A DNA stretch of 64,000 nucleotides. Origin: Laetmonice hystrix (taxonomy: Eukaryota). The stretch spans positions 12,834,001-12,898,000 of the forward strand of contig OZ249450.1 of the NCBI GenBank assembly GCA_965235115.1, in the 5' to 3' direction. The notes beneath the pieces were generated by a model, which saw only the letters and a program-made list of their open reading frames with translations, did not search any database and was not told the origin of the DNA. The position numbers were made by a program, and so were the translations under genes. Positions 58,401 through 64,000 of the stretch are shown here, in pieces. Within the stretch, counting starts at the first letter, position 1, and each line of letters opens with the position of its first letter.

Positions 58401-59073
58401 AACATCTGGCATATATATCAGACCCTGGGGAGGGGGGCTAGGGGGACATAACTCCACCGCCCAATATTTTGAGTGGTGCCTAATAATTCAGAAAATATGA
58501 AACTCAGATTCTGTTTGTCTAGCCACATCAATAATGCAATCGAAATTACGGGCCCGATTACATATATGTGACTCATCATGACACAGCTGAAATATTCCAT
58601 GATTTATAAATTATAATTTAAGTTGTGCGGACGTGTACCAGATCATGTCAGCCAGATCTGTGTGCGACATGTAGGCCTACTGCACGTACTTCACGTCCAA
58701 AATAACTGGTTTTCTTCCGCGTTCAACAAAACATACAGGCGGATATCCTTGGATTAATTAGTTTTCAGTATCAATTAGGGCGTCTCGCGGGGTCGAGTTG
58801 CATCGAGTAGATCTATATATATAGAAAACGAATGGGGGGGGGGGGCGAATGATGTTCACTGTTGCACGGCGAATATTATCCGGTGCCCAGCGACCCCCCC
58901 CCCCCCCACCCGGTTCTGGCGCCTGATACATGTACGTGACGCTGAACGGCGCCAGTGATGACAACCCGCGAGATAGTGGCATAGCGTCGGGTCGTGCTCG
59001 AATCCCGACTGTCGTCTGCTTACCGTAACTGTGCGGCGTACGAACGCGTAGTTACAGCCGAGGTGTCCGCCAT
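55498..59073 (-). CDS. TMEM205: Transmembrane protein 205 (DUF4149), 217 aa, 4 exons
   Basis: Exons 59073-59024, 58053-57887, 56451-56294, 55776-55498 (654 nt). Motifs: VIHLGAFATHFGTQFWVSFIAG, RHDFGAVQSKLFPRYF, IEKEAGVGNEV, FLYWHGLSSVANL. Exon 1 is inferred from phase and start context. Confidence 0.9.
57166..57482. promoter_or_regulatory. Dispersed cassette copy B with four CTCF-like motifs (TMEM205 intron 2)
   Basis: GCAGCGCCTGCTGGCGG 57182-57198 (rev), GCGCCACTGGTGGCC 57391-57405 (rev, imperfect), CCGCTAGATGGCAG 57429-57442 (fwd, full consensus), ACGATAGATGGCAG 57468-57481 (fwd). Confidence 0.55.
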
Positions 59074-60954
59074 GGTCGATTCACACGGTGTCAGTGGATC
59101 TAGACGTTTAGCATCAGACCTGTAGGCCACCTGTAAACTATGATCTCAGTGAGATCACTGTCTTCACACACAGACTCACACAGGGATCCCAACTGTGTCC
59201 TTGTGAACGATGCGTTGACCTAGAAATATGGCACACCGCCTAGCGGCAGGTCATGGAGGCAGTTTCAGGAAGAAATGTGAGGTCTGGCACGTGCTTACAG
59301 AGATAGTTAATAAAAGAAGTTTAAAATACATTATGGTAACGTTCCTAAAACGTTCATCAACCTTTTTGTTATTCTAGCGTAATTGGGGTAGGTGGGGGTG
59401 GGAGATATGGGGTGGGGGGGTGGGGGGGGTGGGGGGGGGGTGGGCTTTGGGGACTTGAGCCCCTCCACTGACTCCAGGGTTATCATTTGGCAGTATGTGT
59501 ACGGCGTAATAGGTTTTATGCATACATCAAGCCCCCCCCCCGTTGCAAAATACTAAATCCGCCCCTGTGCCTAGATCTACATGTAAGCGCTCGGCCTATA
59601 TCAAGACCCGAATATAGAAGGCTATTTGCTGGTATAGGGGGTCCCATGATCTAGGGCATGAATTAGGACTTCCCTGGCTCAGACCACCAGTCGCTTAGTT
59701 TTTAGTATGCCTCGATCTGCATTTTGTCCTTAAAAGAAAAGGCCATCGCCAGTCTGTACAGGCCAGGCACACAGGCCGTAATATTCTAAGCAAGTTAAAA
59801 AATATTTGAACACAATTGGTGCTCAAATAGTTAAGATATAAGCAATTTAGTGCCGGAGGCTTCTTAGAACCTGCTCAGCTGGTGAAGGCCGCCATTACCG
59901 TCTGCTCCTTGGGCTAATATCAAACTGCTGACATGTTGACGGAGCTCATGGCCCCTGAGGCCCGGCCCCACTGACGACCGTGGGCAATGGCAGTGTCAGC
60001 ATAGTCAGCACAGACCTGCTGCGTTGTGACTGTGACTGTGACTGTGGGACTGACCCCCGTCGATTTGCCACCCGCCTCGGCTGCCTTTAGCCTAGTACAT
60101 GTATAGCCTAGCCCCGGCATGCAATAGATTAGCCCTGGAATGTCACTTCCGGCCAGCCCAATAGCAACAAATGGCTGCGCTGCTGAAGCCAGTGATTTTG
60201 ACACGGTTGTCATGTTCAACACATGACTTCTTGGAATAGGGGGACATTTATTTCCAACCACTACTCTAAAAGGTGATTGCAGCTGTCCAAATGTGATTTT
60301 TGACTGGACTTCTCCTTTAAGGGCCTTTTTGACGGAAAGGTCTCCCTCTCCCCAGCCATGCAGTTCACCCATTGGTTCTTCTAGGAGAATCTTGGGCTAT
60401 TACTTTAAAGCAATCACCGAGTAGGCCTATCTCTCATTTCAATGACTGCAAAATACAGACATGGGTTGTTCCTTAGACTACATAAATCAATCAAATGTAT
60501 ATCCACAGAAATGGAGACATGTAATGAAATTCCACATTCCAGTTGTGTACTGGTGGACACGTAAAGAGCGGGTACTGGCTAATTGTGATCACATCCTGAC
60601 CACGTACATGTAGTTGCTGAATCAGTCTGAGGGTCTAAAATAATACCACTACATGCAATTATATTGATAACACATGATCCCACGCTTTATAGAAAATGCC
60701 ACTATTGATGTTGTGCAATATAATGTTCACGGCGTGGGTCGGGAGCAGAAAAACATTTAGTATCAGTCCATTGTTTGTAAGTTCACCTGCTGCTGGCTCC
60801 CTTAGGGTTTCATACTGTTACACGATAGATGTGATTAAATAAAGGTAATAAAGGTACACATATATGGTACCCAAGTTAAAATCCATCTGCGTTACAGTTG
60901 GACCTGGCATAGGCCTACCAGTCTAACATTTCCAGCAACTATAAACACACACAC

Positions 60955-61068
60955 CCCTCTCACTCTCTCTCTCTCACTCTTACTCTGTCCAACGAGAACT
61001 CGTTGCTCTGTCTCTGTCTCTATCACTCTCCCTCTCTATCTCTCTCCCTATATATCTCTCTCTCGCTC
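60955..61068. repeat. Degenerate (CT)n microsatellite
   Basis: CT/CA dinucleotide-rich run. Confidence 0.75.
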
Positions 61069-63122
61069 TAATGTGTGTACTGTTTGTGTACCCAGTAATG
61101 GGTGTCACTCCTGTATGTACATGTCATATATTTTTGATGTTCCTTTTATAAGGGCGATTTCCATGCAATATTGCTGCATCAGACGTATATATTTAGACCT
61201 ATATATGCTATTAGACACAATAGGATCATACCCGCGTATCACCAGATTGCTATACAGATAACCTTGCGATGGATATTACTTGTCGGCGACATAATAATAC
61301 AATAATGTTGCCCACAACACGCTGGTTTAGTTAGATTACCCGCATTAAAAATGGAGAGACACACTCCAAGTTTTATGAAAGCTTGTCCAATCTGGGCTTC
61401 TGAAAGGACGAATGATTTGGTAATGCATTGCCAGATCTATTACCATTTTAGTGAGTTACCTGCCAACCGTTCCGATTTAATCGGAATCGTTCCGATTTTT
61501 GTGTTTCCAGATAGCAAAACAATAGGAACATTCTGATTTTCGAACCATCAGAATGGCCTCAGAATGCACCATGTGGGATCTAAAATATGAAATTTTCCAG
61601 GGGAAGCCCCACCCCCTGGACCACCCCTACGGGAGGGGACACCTCTCCCGTACCCTCCCCGCACTGGCCGGTGGCCATGGCGTGCTTCGCGCACCACATT
61701 GGTTTCACTGACTTTCAGTTTCCACATGGAGCAACGCTACGATGTTTTTCCTAGATAGAACCCTGCATAGCCTACTCATTTTTAATTCATTTTAACACCA
61801 TGGTTTATCTCAGGGAAACCCCGAGCTATTTCATGATCGATCACTAAATGTATATTACACACAACGGCTGGAGAAATGGGCAACATAAGATAAGTAATTA
61901 ATAAAGTAATTAATGATGCCCTTACCCCTGGCACACTCTGAGCGTATCCACACAACATATATGTTTGGATGTTACCGGCGTTAGCGGGTTGACATGTTCT
62001 AATCATTGTCAACCTCCCCATTATAGATCTCAGGGCTGTCTGGCCTGGGTAAAGTGTACCTGTATATTCTCTCTGGACCGTCAATTGCATCGAGGCAGCC
62101 GAAGCTAAATCTCACCCAAAAAAAAATTGTATTGAAAACATTCATTGGAGGAGACCCCCGCCACATGAACGAATCGCATCTTCGGCACTCGCCTCGGCCA
62201 AATTCCCTTCAAATTTACGGCCTCTGTATATTCTAGATGAACAGTTTGGGACAGGGTATGAGTAGGGAAACTTCACGCCAGCCACTTGAGGAAGAGAAAC
62301 ATACCAAAACCTGCGAAATGTAATTCGCCGACATTTTCTGGATATCCACCTCGTTGTCTCCAAAAGAAATACTCAATAGAGTAGTGACAGCAAGAAGTTG
62401 TGTAAAGGTGTCGCTTGCCGAAGGGGCATTTTTTATCGCATCCTAGTTGCTCTTCTTTTGCCTTTACTCGTCACTGATTACTAATTGCTGACGTCACGCG
62501 TCGAATCTTACCTAACGATCGTCACCGCTACTTGATCGAGTTTCCCACCTTTCAGTATTGTTGTTTACGCGATCTCTGTATAACGCGGCATTCACAACGA
62601 CAAAATTGGCAGGATCTACTTAACCACTTCATAAAGTGGTCCTAGTTTATTGACGCAACCAAATATGCCCCTATGTGATAGGTGTTGTATCTAGGGAGGC
62701 CAGTGTCCCAGGTATAGAAGCGGGTCAGTATGATCAGTCATCTGTCCAATACAGTTGTACATGTACTTCATGGTCCACTGGGAGAGGCGAGCCACAGCCC
62801 CGTGTAGGCGGAGCAACTCCGGCTCGTCTCTAGCTCGACAATGCCGGAGGTTAAGGTTAATCACAGTAAATCGTTATTATTGTTAACCAAGGATGCAATA
62901 CGGAACTACCGGTGGGTCATTTTCAATACTTACATTATGTAAAAAATGTGGCAGGCGGCCAGGATTGGATACGTTGATTATGAGGTCAACGAATTTGGCA
63001 AAAGAATGCAATATGTTCTTCTTTGCAAAGTCATTCTGAAGCGTCACTCCTTGTTTTTAACCTGTAAAGTGTTTTAACATGTGTAAACTATATGGTGTAT
63101 CGTAGTTCACGGTTCACTGTGT

Positions 63123-63207
63123 CTGCTACTGCTGTTGTTGTTTTTGTTTGTTGTTGTTGCTGCTGCTGTTGTTTGTTGTGGTGGTTGTTGTTGCTGCTGT
63201 TGCTGCA
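63123..63207. repeat. Mixed (GTT/GCT)n trinucleotide microsatellite
   Basis: Source of the poly-Q, poly-C and poly-V pseudo-ORFs at 63107-63363. Confidence 0.8.
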
Positions 63208-64000
63208 TCATGTACCCATCCCCGGCGACCTTCGGTTTATTCTCACCCTGTAGATGGGTGTTTCGCGCAAAAACTAGTTTTTCCCTGGCATGTAGCAAGA
63301 TTATCTGGATTCCCGTGTGACGTCTTTAACATTAAATATACGTCAGATATTGTGACAAGGTAATGGTATCTGGACCTTGACGAGGTCACGTTTAGAGTCA
63401 TGTAGGCCTATATATAGGTGTACCCATTCCCAACGCCTAGCGTGTCCGAACGTCTTCAGCGTCTTTGGTCGACATTACGTAAATGGCAGCAAGCACCGGT
63501 CTCAAGTGACAAAACAGGTAAGTGATCTTTGCTGGCTACATCAAAGAACAAGGTTGTACTGATACAAAGAAATGATGGACACACAAAGACATCAAACATC
63601 GAGGGTGCAAACCCTGGGCATGTGATTTCAGCTGTAGCGACAATGACCATGTAAACTATATCCATTAATATTAGGTGCTTGGTAAGAATTTCTTTTCACT
63701 ATGTGATATAGGGCGTAGACTCATGTTTAAAGTACGTTTTGACTTTAGACCGGTATGTATACTGTAGGCCTACTTGCGTCCATATACAGGGATTCGGATC
63801 TGATGCATTGGTTTATAACATGTAGAAGTTTACAGGTGGCTGGAATGCTACCATATGTAGTTCTGTGGTTCTTTATTTGAACTAAGATTTGCCTAAATAT
63901 CTCGTTTATGACTGGAGGTCGTAACTAACCCCTTTCGAGGCTCAAAATTAAAACAGGGTGTTGTAAATACTCAGGGGCTGAACCTACTAACTTCGGGGAA

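Noticed and set aside
58970-59010. tRNA-like A-box/B-box fragment (TGGCATAGCG...GCTCGAATCCCGAC)
   Set aside because: No room for an anticodon arm and no acceptor stem; probably chance in a CpG-rich promoter-proximal intron.
63107-63363. Poly-Q / poly-C ORFs
   Set aside because: Translations of a GTT/GCT microsatellite with no flanking coding evidence.

Overview
Eukaryotic, intron-rich invertebrate DNA, most likely a lophotrochozoan/spiralian (inferred from the mollusc-type phosphagen kinase). Seven multi-exon genes can be assembled by hand with consistent splice phases. In order: a divergent arginine-kinase-like phosphagen kinase (-, 6 exons), TRMT11 (-, 14 exons), a C8orf34/VEST1-like Dpy-30/RIIa-domain protein (+, about 20 exons), PDCD2L (-, 7 coding exons, one GC-AG intron), a CUB-LDLa single-pass receptor whose tail has three YVN(I/V)P motifs (+, 6 exons), an SDR16C/RDH10-like short-chain dehydrogenase (-, 6 exons) and TMEM205 (-, 4 exons). 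An intronless tRNA-Arg(TCT) lies antisense in kinase intron 3. Introns hold many non-autonomous DNA transposons (TTAA/Kolobok-like, Harbinger-like, CAG..CTG hAT-like, Helitron/Helentron-like), a decayed RecQ-type helicase, two VNTRs and several long hairpins. Four observations stand out. (1) Two diverged copies of a cassette of CTCF-like motifs in reverse-reverse-forward-forward (boundary-like) order bracket about 52 kb of the cluster. (2) A 21-bp VNTR replaces the polypyrimidine tract of the kinase exon-2 acceptor and offers an in-frame alternative acceptor that would insert about 20 GGGDCYN-type units at the substrate-specificity loop. (3) The kinase has substitutions at the Y89 and H284 equivalents. 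(4) The CUB-LDLa receptor has a LAT-like Grb2-docking tail. All gene models and motif calls are manual and need RNA-seq or database confirmation.
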